Positions 10,741 through 22,972 of a stretch of DNA of 64,000 nucleotides are shown here, piece by piece (positions within the stretch are counted from its first letter, which is position 1; each line of letters opens with the position of its first letter). Both the position numbers and the translations under genes were made by a program. Origin of the DNA: Macrostomum lignano (taxonomy: Eukaryota); the NCBI GenBank assembly GCA_002269645.1, contig NIVC01001389.1, positions 186,001 through 250,000 on the forward strand. The letters are read 5' to 3'. The notes under the pieces were generated by a model, which ran no database searches, was not told where the DNA came from, and was given only the letters and a program-made list of their open reading frames with translations.

Positions 10741-13700
10741 GACTTACTTGACTTAGCTGCAGGGCTGTCCCGGAGGGGACACAGCGGGAAGGCGCGGGCG
10801 CCCATTCCGCTAATCCCTGAACGGCCGACGCGTCGCTATGGACGGAGGGTTGGCGCCGCCCAGGGAGGTCCCCCAGTGTCGCCAGCAGCTATAGTGCTCT
10901 CTGGAAAGGAGAGTTCAGCCCTGCGGGTGGCCCGAAGGTAGCGCATGAGCTGATTAAAGTTTTCGGGTTTGCACGCTTCAGTAATAGATGTGTGTGGCCC
11001 GAGGTAAGTGAGTCTGGCCCGCGTGAAGGCGGGACAGATGCTGACGAAATGCTCAGCGGTTTCGTCACCTGAGTTGCAGAAACTACAGGTGGCGTTGGTG
11101 GCGTTGCCCTGCAGGTACTGGTGCCTGGAGAAGCAGCCGTGACCAGAGAGGGTCATGGTCGCAGCCCGGATGTCTCTGCGCGAGAGGCGCAAGAGGAGCT
11201 TCCGGAGCTGGTGAGAGGGCTGAGGGACAGTGCCTCTGGATTGCCTGCAGTTCGTGCGGTTCGCCCAAGTCGAGCGGTGCTGAGTCCTGATCCACGCTTT
11301 GATGCGCGAGTCGATGACACAGTCAGGAATCGGGACAAGAGGTTCGGGGCCGGGAGAGGAGCCGGAGGCACCAACTTTTGCAAGGGTGTCAGCCAACTCA
11401 TTTCCTTGGATCCCCACATGCCCCGGAACCCACTTAAGGGTAATTTTGCTGGCGGAACCCAACACGTTGAGGAGTTTGATACAGTCGAGGACTATAGCAG
11501 AGTTGGTGCTGCAGCCACTGATGGCGTGCAAGGCAGCTTGGCTGTCCGAATGGAAAATGATGTTCTTACCAGTAACGCCAGTGGCGAGAAGCTCTGCAGT
11601 GCAGGAGCTGATGGCCAGAACTTCATTTTGGAAAACACTGGAGTTGACCCCAGTGTATTGAGCGTGGGTAGCGATGACCCTCCCGTTCAGAAAGATTCCA
11701 ACACCAAAGCCGGTGTTGGCTGACTGCTTAGAACCGTCGGTGTAGCAATGAAGCTCACCAAGGTTCCATTGGTCATTGATGTTATCGCGCGAGTCGATAG
11801 CTACGGAGTAGCGCTGTCTCAGGTTGAGCGTTGAGGCAATGCCATCGGTGAAGACGCGATTGGCCTGACACTCGTTGAGAAAGTTGAGGCACAGGTCGCT
11901 ATGCGGGACAAGGTTCCGCTTAGCAGGTGCTCTCATGTAAATGAATTTGACGCCGGCATCAATTAGATGCCGCGTCGTTCTAGCCGCCTCACCCCTGACG
12001 AAGAGGTCAAGAGGCGGTAGATTAAGGAAGGCCCCCATGCCAGCAAAGGGCGTGGACCTGGTGGCGTTGCAGATGAGCCTATACACGCTCTGCCTTGGAT
12101 CGTGTTGAGCAGGTCTGCATGGCTTTTGACCTGGGTAGCGCTAACCCAGACAACAGAGGCGTACGTAATGGCAGGTTTAACTACGGAAGTATAGATCCAC
12201 CAAAGCCGCTTTGGGGATAGACCCCAAGAAGTGCCAAGTGCTCGTCACCTGAGTTGCAGAAACACGATCTCAGTGATCGTGTTGAGCAGGTCTGCATGGC
12301 TTTTGACCTGGGTAGCGCTAACCCAGACAACAGAGGCGTACGTAATGGCAGGTCTAACTACGGAAGTATAGATCCACCAAAGCCGCTTTGGGGATAGACC
12401 CCAAGAAGTGCCAAGTGCTCGTCAGAGCTGGGCCAGGATGGCTGAGGCACGCTTGGCTTTTGCTTTCACGTGGAAGGACCAGTTGAGCCGGTGGTCAAGT
12501 GTGACCCCGAGACATCTGGTCTGGTGCGCGAAGGCAATATCTCTGCCGTAGAGCTGCAGAGGACGTATGTTCCAGCGTAGTCTGCTGGTAAACATAATGG
12601 CAACGGTTTTGGGCTCAGAGAGTTCCAGACCATTGTCATTGGCCCAGGATTCTGCTTTGCGGATAAAGCTCTGCATCAGATCCCTGAGCGTGCTGGGAGA
12701 CGGTCCTGCCACAATGGCCGTGACGTCATCAGCATACCCGACTTTGAAGACGGGGTCAGGTCGGGAGTCACTCAGAAGAGCGTCCATGACCAGGTTCCAG
12801 AGCGTCGGGGTGAGGACTCCGCCTTGGGGTCCACCCTTACAGACTCTGGTGGAGGCAGTTTGCCCAAGAAGTTGGGCAGTGACCGTACGGTTGGAGATCA
12901 TGTACATGATCCACCGTATGAGGGTAGCATGAGCTTTGCGATTTTGAAGGGCCCTCTGAAACGCTTCAAAGATAACGTTGTCGAAGGCGCCAACAATGTC
13001 AAGAAAGAGAGCCAGGGCGTAACCGTCACCCAGTACCGCCCTTTCAATCTTCTCGACAATCGCATGCAGGGCGCTGTCAGTCGACCTCCCGGTACGGAAG
13101 GCGTGCTGATTATTGCTGAGGGGCATCGCTGTCAGCTCGCAGGACAGCAGCCGCCAGAGAATAAGCCTCTCAGTGAGCTTAAGCATTGCTGACGTTAAGC
13201 TAATTGGCCGGAAGGCCTTGAGGCTTTGGTAGTCACCCTTCCCAGGTTTGGGAATAAAGACTACCCGAGCTTCAGTCCAGCATTTGGGAACGTATACCAG
13301 CTGGAAAGAGGCCCGCATAAGATTGCGGGTGAGTCTCAGGAACGAGGGTATCTTGGCTGCTTCACGAAGGAAGTTTGAAGGTTCTGACCGCACGAGCGAT
13401 TAGGTCTTCAGTGACAATGCCCGCCGCTAGGGTGGCTCCATCCATCGAATGGTTGGGCTCCGGTCTAGCAGTAGGTACCCTCGGGAAGAATGTGCTGAGC
13501 ATATGCTGAAGCACTTCTTCAGGGTCTTTAGTAAGAGAGCCATCATCTTTTTTGATCATGGCTAATTTGGACATTTTGTCCATTGTAAGGGCCTTGACAA
13601 GCCTAGAAGTAGGTCTGTCTTGATCCAATTCATTGCAGAATTGGCGCCACTTACATTCCTTGGCCTTGCGCACTTCAGATTTGAAATTGCGGGAGGCTTG

Positions 13701-13829
13701 CCGGAAAAGCTCCGTGTCCTCCGGGTTTCCGGTCTTCATGGCACGGCGATGAAGGCTTTTGGCCTTCCGCCTGAGTTTCCCCAGCTCCGGGTTCCACTAC
13801 GGCGCCGAGGTCTTGCCTTTGTAGGCGCG
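10741..13829 (-). mobile_element. 5'-truncated non-LTR retrotransposon with RT, RNase H and a CCHC knuckle; LOA-like clade; disrupted
   Basis: RT motifs FRPISL, FLDIVGAFDN, GGPQGGVLTPTLW, GYADD. RNase H motifs YTDGS, EVLAI, SDSQAAL, WVPGH..GNELAD. CSFC...HFVSIC. Frameshift near 13390 and an internal duplication. Clade call is from motif style. Confidence 0.85.
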
Positions 13830-14514
13830 ACAGGCTCACGACAGGCTCCATTCACTCAAGACAGGCTTCATCCACTCAAGACACTCTGAAAACTTGAGAG
13901 AGACTCAACCAACTCAAAGCTGGACGAGCTGGGCTCTTACCTGCGACGTGGAGACAAAGCAGCTTCTTGAAGGTCCCGCTGGTGTCGCCTCGAATGTCAG
14001 CTTCCAGTAGCGTCTTGGAGGCCTTCCGGTTTGGACTGGCGACGTTCTCGTCGTCCTCGTAGGCGTCTTTCATCGCCCGGATCTGCGCGTTGGTCCGCGT
14101 CATGATCTCGATGAGCGCCTGTTCGTCGGTGCCGGCCCCGTAGATGGCCTCCTTCATTGAACAGGCGTCATAGACGGCCGGCGCCACAAAGCAGGCCATG
14201 ACGGCCTCGCGGAAGTCGCCGGACAGCTCGCTGCGAATGTCCTCGATGAGGTCGCGGTCGTACATAGTCTTGAACATATCTTTGAGGCGTTGGCGCTGTG
14301 CGATGCATCGCGTGGCCACAGCGTGAATGATGGCATCCTCGTCTCGAAGGCGTTTGAGCCACTTCTAGATGAGCGGCCACAGGCTGCTGTATACGACGCC
14401 GTCCGGTCCATCACTGCCCGACGGCCCCGACGTGAAGAGCCGCGCAGTGTGGACGGCCTTCCGAACTCTGATGGGGCGCAAAAAGTGTGTAGCGCTGAAT
14501 CTGGCCGTCGACAC

Positions 14515-14765
14515 AGGAATGAATTGGATCTGGAGCGCAGGAATGAATTGGATCTGGAGCGCAGGAATGAATTGGATCTGGAGCGCAGGAATGAATTGGA
14601 TCTGGAGCGCAGGAATGAATTGGATCTGGAGCGCAGGAATGAATTGGATCTGGAGCGCAGGAATGAATTGGATCTGGAGCGCAGGAATGAATTGGATCTG
14701 GAGCGCAGGAATGAATTGGATCTGGAGCGCAGGAATGAATTGGATCTGGAGCGCAGGAATGAATT
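14515..14765. repeat. 24-bp minisatellite (AGGAATGAATTGGATCTGGAGCGC)n
   Basis: About 10 exact tandem copies. Confidence 0.95.
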
Positions 14766-14924
14766 GCGCGACTTCTTCGACCGCATCGTGAACGCGCCCG
14801 CGTCGCCGCTGCCTGCTCTCACTGGGCACGCCGCTCTCAGCTGAGGAGGACTTCTACACCAGCCCAGTCACCACAGAGGCCGTTGTGCTGTTCGCCTGGA
14901 AAATGCGGAAAAGGCGGCAAGGCA

Positions 14925-15830
14925 TTTCAGATTCCCATGAGCCATAGCCTTTCAGATTCCCCTAATGAGCCATAGCCTTTCAGATTCCCCTAATGAGCCA
15001 TAGCCTTTCAGATTCCCCTAATGATCCATAGCATTTCAGATTCCCCTAATGAGCCATAGCCTTTCAGATTCCCCTAATGATCCATAGCATTTCAGATTCC
15101 CATGAGCCATAGCATTTCAGATTCCCATGAGCCATAGCATTTCAGATTCCCATGAGCCATAGCATTTCAGATTCCCATGAGCCATAGCATTTCAGATTCC
15201 CATGAGCCATAGCATTTCAGATTCCCATGAGCCATAGCATTTCAGATTCCCATGAGCCATAGCATTTCAGATTCCCCTAATGAGCCATAGCCTTTCAGAT
15301 TCCCCTAATGATCCATAGCATTTCAGATTCCCCTAATGAGCCATAGCCTTTCAGATTCCCCTAATGAGCCATAGCCTTTCAGATTCCCCTAATGATCCAT
15401 AGCATTTCAGATTCCCATGAGCCATAGCATTTCAGATTCCCCTAATGAGCCATAGCCTTTCAGATTCCCCTAATGATCCATAGCATTTCAGATTCCCATG
15501 AGCCATAGCATTTCAGATTCCCATGAGCCATAGCATTTCAGATTCCCATGAGCCATAGCATTTCAGATTCCCATGAGCCATAGCATTTCAGATTCCCATG
15601 AGCCATAGCATTTCAGATTCCCATGAGCCATAGCATTTCAGATTCCCATGAGCCATAGCATTTCAGATTCCCATGAGCCATAGCATTTCAGATTCCCCTA
15701 ATGAGCCATAGCCTTTCAGATTCCCCTAATGAGCCATAGCCTTTCAGATTCCCCTAATGATCCATAGCATTTCAGATTCTCATGAGCCATAGCATTTCAG
15801 ATTCCCCTAATGAGCCATAGCATTTTAGAT
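14925..15830. repeat. 25/28-bp minisatellite (AGCCATAGCATTTCAGATTCCC[CTA]ATG)n
   Basis: Direct tandem units of two lengths. Confidence 0.95.
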
Positions 15831-16404
15831 TCCTCCTCAAATGAGCCAGACAGGCAATTACTTGATAAAGTCAAACCAAGTTTAACAATTCTGATCTTTA
15901 CTGCATGGAAGTCAATGTTCAAGCATGATTTATTCGTATTGAAATGGACCCACTCTGTAAGGCAGCTGTCTAGAAAGAGTGAAGCAAGCGATCTATTAAA
16001 TGCTCTACTTGATCTATAGGCGCAGATTAGCTTCGGGTTTGATCAGAGATCCCGGGAATTTCAGTCCCAGCGCAAAAAATACCCGCTTTTTGTATCTTTC
16101 TGTCACAAAGATGCTGAGAAAAAAAGGCTAACAAACAAGCTAGTTGCTTGTCTTTAATTCAAGTGCAATTAGTTTTATATATGACTTTTCCAGGCAATTC
16201 AAATTATCTGTCCGAGTCAATGAGTTCATTGTAATCAAACAGCTGTCAGTTTTCCTTTCCTAGTGACTTTGATGGACTCTTCGACGATCTGAAATTGTGG
16301 ATTAAGATTGACAAATTTTCATGCTAAAGATAGAACAGCGGATGTCTGAAAAAACTATATGATGATCAAAAGATAGATAACGTGCACACTGGCATTCAGA
16401 TGAA

Positions 16405-17130
16405 AGATGGGCTGACATGCAAGCAAGTAGATGGAAGACAGACTGACATGCAAGCAAGTAGATGGAAGACAGACTGACATGCAAGCAAGTATAATAGATG
16501 GAAGACAGACTGACATGCAAGCAAGTAGGTGGAAGACAGACTGACATGCAAGCAAGTATAATAGATGGAAGACAGACTGACATGCAAGCAAGTAGATGGA
16601 AGACAGACTGAAATGCAAGCAAGTAGATGGAAGACAGACTGACATGCAAGCAAGTAGATGGAAGACAGACTGACATGCAAGCAAGTAGATGGAAGACAGA
16701 CTGAAATGCAAGCAAGTAGATGGAAGACAGACTGACATGCAAGCAAGTAGATGGAAGACAGACTGACATGCAAGTAGATGGAAGACAGACTGAAATGCAA
16801 GCAAGTAGATGGAAGACAGACTGACATGCAAGCAAGTAGATGGAAGACAGACTGACATGCAAGCAAGTAGATGGAAGACAGACTGACATGCAAGCAAGTA
16901 GATGGAAGACAGACTGACATGCAAGCAAGTAGATGGAAGACAGACTGACATGCAAGCAAGTATAATAGATGGAGGACAGACTGACATGTAAGCAAGTAGA
17001 TGGAAGACAGACTGACATGCAAGCAAGTAGATGGAAGACAGACTGACATGCAAGCAAGTAGATGGAAGACAGACTGACATGCAAGCAAGTAGATGGAAGA
17101 CAGAATGACATGCAAGCAAGTAGATGTAGA
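16405..17130. repeat. 31-bp minisatellite (GACATGCAAGCAAGTAGATGGAAGACAGACT)n
   Basis: Direct tandem units immediately 3' of the WSC gene. Confidence 0.95.
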
Positions 17131-17191
17131 CATGCAGGCAGTGAGGTGGACTGTTGCCACAAAACAGCGCAGCATCAGCTTGGCTGACAGC

Positions 17192-20100
17192 TCAGAGGCC
17201 TGTCGCGTAGACTTCGTTTCTCCAGTGATTCCCGCAAGTCTGCTTTTTGTCCCCAGCACACGCTAGTGAGCACTCGGAGTCTGCAACTTGGCCATGCCGG
17301 CCAAAGGTGTTGCCACAATGGCACCAATCAGTAGCTTGCACTCCTGCAAACCGATACCCGCGTTCTTTGCAGAGCGACACGCAGTATTCTGGTTTCACAT
17401 AATTCGATTTCTTGAAAAATTCGTCTAGATCTCTTTCAGCACTGTCCACAAAGCAGCCAAGTCGCATGAGGCCTGTGAAAATTGAACAGAGTCGTTTGAG
17501 AAATTATGGCACTTGTTGTGTATGAACTTAAGTTCTATGGTTTATGGGTGAAGCCTTATTCATATTTTAAGTATAGCAGCCAGCTACTTCGCTGCTGAAA
17601 ATATACGCGCTGCATGCATCTACGATCTCTTCCTAACTCGGCACCTTGCATTCGTCTTCGTTACTACGAAAAGTAAAACATGGCGACGAGGAAAATTTAA
17701 TTCGCCGCGGGACGATACTGCAGTCACCAAATCTTCATCCCGATGTCTTCCGGACTCGACTTCCGACTGGGGGAGATGCCGCCGTGCTACCCCGATGTCG
17801 AACAGTATTTCAAGCGCCTCGGTTTTTACATTAGCGCAACGGAAAAGAATGACCAGAGCAAAGCCGTTCTACTTGCTACTTGTGGAGATGCCGCATTTTC
17901 ACTGATTGAGACACTTGTGCAGCCAGAAGACATTTTAAACGATACAAAGTGTACGTTCGATTTCATCAAAGAAGCGGTACTGAGCCACTTGAAACCCAAT
18001 TGCCTTCTTCACTACGACAGACATCTGCTACATACCATGGTCCAAATACAGGGTGAGTCGGTGACAAAGTTTTTGGAGAGACTGAAGACACAGGCCAACA
18101 AATGCGAATTCTGCAACCTGCGAGAAGAGTTAATTCTTTCTCAGTATATTTTCGGACTGGCTGATAATTCTCTGAAGCAAAAATTACTTGTGAAGGAAAA
18201 GCTGGATCTAGAGACTGCGGTTAAGGATAGTCTCTTATCGGAGTCCGTATCTCAAGCTACTGATTCGAGCAAAACCGTCGCAGCAGTGCAGAAAACCACT
18301 CACAAGAAGACCGGCAGCAACCAAAAAGTATCCAACGGTATCCAGGCCAATGCCAACAACGCCGAATCATTCTAAGTCTAGCTGCCATTCCTGTGGTAAC
18401 CCGGGTCATCTTAGAAATACCTGCAAGTTCCGCAATGCGATATGTCACAAGTGCGGAAAAACCGGGCACATTGCCAGAGCATGCAGGTCCAACATCGGTG
18501 CCAGCAAGAAAGTCACGTACGCGGAAGTTGAAGCAACCGACGCTGATCCACTGCACCTGATTCAGCTGTGTACTCGGTGATCAAGGCTACTCCATGCGAC
18601 GAACTCTGGAAAATAGTCTGCACGATCGGTGATTCCACAGTCCATATGTGCGTCGACTCTGGTAGTCAAGTAACAATTTTGCCAGTAACCATCGTAGAGC
18701 AAGCCGGATTGCACATGGTTGACGCGGACATTCGATCACTCAAAGTTTTCGGGGGAGCTTCAGTTTCCGTACGATGCATGGCTAAGGACGTCACGATTGA
18801 GCTGAGAAACGGCAAAACGGCATGCGGAGACATATATGTCGGGGACCCATCCAGTCAAGCCATTTTGGGAATAAATTTTATTCGTGCCTTCAACCTATTG
18901 ACGGTAGACGAATTTCTGTGCCATCCAGTGCAGTGTGATGAAAATTCAAGATTCCAGGCCAGCTTTCGCCTGAAGGACGGGGCCTCTACCGATGGAATGT
19001 GCTTTCCTGCCAGATCCCTTCCGTTCTCAATTAAAACTTTGGTTGAACTGGAGCTGAAAAGACTGGAAAGTGCAGGTATCATCTACCCAGTTCACTCGCC
19101 TAAGGTATCGTGCCCTATTATTCCTGTGTTGAAACCAGAAGGATCAAAGAGACCCATTAGACTGTGTGGAGACTATTCAGTCACTCTCAACAGACTGATC
19201 GACTGAGATCGATATCGACTGCCAACTTTGAAAGAAATCCTTCAAAAGATCCCAAATTCGAAAGTGTATTCAGTGCTCGACCTCGAAGACGCATTCTTGC
19301 AGATTCCCCTAACGCCAGAAAGTCAGGGTCTTACGTGTATTTCCACCCACGTAGGACATTTTGCCTTCCGCAAGTTACAATTTGGGATATCGGCAGCACC
19401 ACTGATATTTCAGGAAGTTATGGATATCTTGCTCAAAGGAATACCAGGCACTGCTTCTTATCAGGACGACATCATTCTAGGCACTGAAACAGTGGAGCAG
19501 CATCGACAGATCCTGGTGCAAGTCAACGAAAAACTGAAAAAGCATGGATTCAAGATCAATGAGCGTAAGACTCAGGAGTGCAAGAAAGAAGTCACATTTC
19601 TGGGATTTCTCCTCCGAGATGGGAAACTTTTGCCTGATCCGGCAAGAGTGGAAGCTCTATCCAACTTGTCAGAGCCAAAAGACCGGGATCAATTGAGAAG
19701 TGCTATATGCACCTTAAGACACTACGGGATTTTTTGTCGGAACTTCTCTATGATCGCCAAGCCGCTCTATTACCTCCTAAAGAAAGGGGTTCAGTGGAAA
19801 TGGACTGTCGTTCACTCAAGTGCGTTCTCCCAACTGAAAGCTGCTGTAACGGAAGGTCGAATCGTTTCTTATGATATAAAAAGGCCGTTGTTTCTAACCT
19901 GCGACGCTTCTCAGAGTGGAGTCGGATTTGTGCTGTCCCACGACACGAACCAAAAAGAAGTTGTATGGCTGGGGAGCAGAGTTTTGACCAAGGCTGAGGC
20001 CAACTACGCTAACATTGAGCGGGAGGCTCTTGCAATTATCGAGGGTGTAAAATATTTTCATCAATTTCTGGCAGGCCGTCATTTTACAATCATCTCTGAT

Positions 20101-21905
20101 CACAGACCTTTGCAGTACATCTTCTCTACAACGAAAGTTCCTGACCGAGTTTCTGCGAGACTCCAGAGATGGGCATTGCTGCTCAGATCCTATGACTACA
20201 CTGTCACTTACTCAAAAGGAGACACCATGCTCGCAGCAGATACTCTGTCCAGAATTCCTTCAACAAACGCTTCTACTTCGTTTTCAAATTTTGATGTCAA
20301 TCTGCTGGAGGTAAACTCTCTCGTAGAATTTTCTTCTTCTGGGACAATTCTTCGGCGTGTCGCCAACACCAGAGACCCTGAAATTGATACTATCAAGAAG
20401 TTTGTTACTCAAGGTTGGCCAAGCTACATTTCTAAACAGCTGCTTCCGTACACCAAATCCAAGGCGGAATACTCCATTCAAAACGGGATTCTGTTCAAAG
20501 GGGTCCGAATCGTGCCTCCAAAGTCCATGCGCAGAGAAATTCTTCAAATTCTTCACGAGAATCATCCGGGCATTGTGCGCATGATCATACTAGCTCGAGA
20601 GTACTTCTGGTGGCCTTACATTGACGCCCAGATCAATAGCTTCGTTCAAAGGTGTCCTTCCTGCCAACTAAATTCGAGAAAGCGAACAAATGCAAATCTG
20701 CATTCATGGGAGGATTCAAAGTTCTTCTTCGAACGTGTTCATCTGGACATAGCATACTTCAAGGAGAAACACTTCTTGGTTCTCATCGACTCCTTCTCTC
20801 GGTGGATTGATGTACATCAGCTGTCAAATCTGACAGCCAACTCTCTTATTCCAGCATGCAGACGAACATTTAAGTACATGGGACTTCTAACGTGCATTGT
20901 GACTGACAATGGAACCAATTTTCGATCAAAAGAGTTCGCAGAATTTCTCAAGAAGAATCTAATTAACCATGTCCTAACACCACCTGGTCATCACCAGTCA
21001 AATGGGATTGTGGAGAGAGCTATCCAAGAGTTGAAAGTGACTCTGAAGCAGAACAGTAATGACATAGGTTCCGAATGTGAGAAGGTGTTGATATCATTCT
21101 GCCTTTCGAAGAACACTACACCGAATTCCGAAGGAGCGATTCCTGCTGCACAACTGTTAATGCAACGCCCAAGAACGCGCCTCACTGCAACCTTTACAGA
21201 ATGGGACAAACCGCTAACTACCCCAATTCCTGTCTACATCAACGTAGAAGGAAAGTCAGACAAGGTCCCAGAAGAAATCCAAGGACTTCATGGATCAAAT
21301 ACCTACTTGGAAAGCAAAGGACGGGTTGTCCATGCATCTGATGCAACGCCAAGGACTACAGAGAACTCACAAGAGATTACCTCGCCTAGACCTGCCCATG
21401 TTGGCAGCAGCAAGGAGAAGGAAGTGGAGACTACGACTCCTGCTGAAGTGGAGACAACCAGCGATCAAAGTCCCGAGTACCAAGTTTCTCGTCGAAGTCA
21501 GAGGCTCCGAAAAGCCCCTGATTGGCTGACCTATTTCTGATTTATTTGATCGTTAGACAAAATAGAAAACAGTCATTTATTTCTCTCCAGGTTAATTGCT
21601 AAAATGTGGGGGTGTTGTGTATGAACTTAAGTTCTATGGTTTATGGGTGAAGCCTTATTCATATTTTAAGTATAGCAGCCAGCTACTTCGCTGCTGAAAA
21701 TATACGCGCTGCATGCATCTACGATCTCTTCCTAACTCGGCACCTTGCATTCGTCTTCGTTACTACGAAAAGTACAACAGCACAATGAAAAATGACAATA
21801 AAGAACACTATTACCGGTCTTCCGTTTCGTTGTCGCCGCGCCGCAGAAGCCAGCCAGAGCGACGCTCAGAACAACTACAAGTAGAGCCAGTCGAGTCAGA
21901 GGCAT
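17192..21905 (-). CDS. Small secreted single-WSC-domain protein, 123 aa, 2 exons (21905-21815, 17472-17192)
   Basis: Exon 1 encodes a signal peptide ([23 protein letters not shown]). A phase-1 GTAATA...CAG intron joins it in frame to a WSC signature (LGCFVD...[14 protein letters not shown]...CHCG...C...C.GD..QTCG...NEVY). Confidence 0.88.
17743..18580 (+). pseudogene. gag: Gypsy gag with two CCHC knuckles, frameshifted near 18325
   Basis: LLATCG..AF..I..LV.P...ERLKTQA..CEF...REELI (capsid-like) in 17743-18375. [34 protein letters not shown] lies in a different frame (18350-18580). Confidence 0.88.
18568..21540 (+). pseudogene. pol: Gypsy pol (protease, RT, RNase H, integrase) with a 2-nt insertion near 18568 and an in-frame TGA at 19204-19206
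   Basis: VDSGS protease; LDLEDAF and YQDD RT; CDAS...EREALA...SDH RNase H; H..H...C..C zinc motif and HLD...TDNG...NGIVER integrase. Confidence 0.92.
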
Positions 21906-22018
21906 GTCGCAGGTTGTGCCTTTTTGGTAGAAAAGTTCTGCTTTAATTTTCGATAGATCGCGCAGCTTTGAGTCTCTTCTACTAGTCGAACTCTGACGAT
22001 CTCGAAAATTTAGTTTTA

Positions 22019-22972
22019 CGAGGGGCATTCAAAAAGTTTTGGCAACTGCATATGCAGATATACTTTGGTTCAAGCAAAATGCACTAAATTTTAGGAATGT
22101 CTTTAGTAACATGCCTGATACCAACGTATAAACTTTCAGCTCAATAGCTTCACCCGTTATTGCACAATTCACAGCTAACCATAACTAAGTTTCAGCTTCT
22201 GACATAATATGGAAAATATCAGCTCAGAAAATGCGCGCTTCTACATCTTCATACGCGTACAACTTGGAGAAAATGCCACCAAAATTCATGCCGACTTAGC
22301 ACAGGTGATAGGGGATCAAGCTCCATCTTATAGAACTGTTGCGCGATGGATTGAGGCTTTTGGCGCCGGCAGGAGCAGCCTCAGTGACAACCCTCGATCT
22401 GGGAGGCCGAGCACAGCCGTGACCAAGAGCAACATTGACACTGTGCAATCGCTGGTGGCTGAGGACCCAAACATTTCTGTTGCCATACTGAGCCAGACAC
22501 TTGGCATATCTGATAGCAGCGTTTTCACCATCCTGCATGATCAGCTGGGTCTCAGAAAAATCACAGCTCGTTGGGTGCCACATCAGCTCACTGAGGAGCA
22601 GCGCCAGGAGCGGGTTCGCTGCAGTCAGGAGTTCTTGCGCTGCTTTGGTTCTGGCGGCACCAAGCGCCTCTCTGACATCGTCACATCGGACTTAGCTCCG
22701 TGCGACTTCTGGGCCTTCCCGAAATTGACGGAGAGGCTGGCTGGGCGCCGATTTCAGAGGCCGCAAGACCTGGCCCGCGCTATCAATTCAGAGTTGAGGG
22801 CATTCACTGAATCGGAGTACCGTGGCGCCTTTGATTCGTGGATACGGAGGCATCAGAAGTGCATAGAGCGCGGCGGAGACTACATAGAAGGACTGTAAAC
22901 CCTTACTTTTAGAATAATAAGCTTCCACTAGATTTTAGTCGCCTGTTGCCAAAACTTTTTGAATGCCCCTCG
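22019..22972 (+). mobile_element. Mariner-like DNA transposon, 954 bp, internally deleted; 229-aa ORF at 22209-22898
   Basis: 28-bp perfect TIRs (CGAGGGGCATTCAAAAAGTTTTGGCAAC) and TA TSD. HTH region, WVPHQL and DLAPCDF motifs are present; the core between IVT and DLAPCDF is missing. Confidence 0.93.

Larger units (their letters stand above)
7820..14363 (-). pseudogene. Annexin gene with multiple lesions; exons about 14363-13941, 10077-9958, about 9890-9790, 9697-9505, 7942-7820
   Basis: Annexin repeats: DEDAII...IRSELSGDF; IYGAGTDEQALIEI...IRGDTSGTFKKL; LFKAGEDRWGTDD; IDRETSGDYK...YFAKRL..SKKGLGKDD...VVSRSE; IDMVQIKK...SGDYKKLL. Lesions: extra T near 13957, +4 nt near 9683, degenerate exon-3 acceptor, displaced donor at 9505, no 5' exon found. 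Confidence 0.8.
17514..21779 (+). mobile_element. Full-length Ty3/Gypsy LTR retrotransposon (Mag-like) inserted antisense in the WSC intron
   Basis: 167-bp LTRs 17514-17680 and 21613-21779 (TG...CA, 1 mismatch). PBS TGGCGACGAG at 17681. G-rich PPT-like tract before 21613. Flanks GCACT/GCACA. Domain order gag-PR-RT-RH-IN. Confidence 0.95.

Noticed and set aside
19204-19206. Programmed stop read-through in Gypsy pol
   Set aside because: The TGA lies inside the RT domain, not at a gag-pol boundary; a nonsense mutation or sequencing error is simpler.
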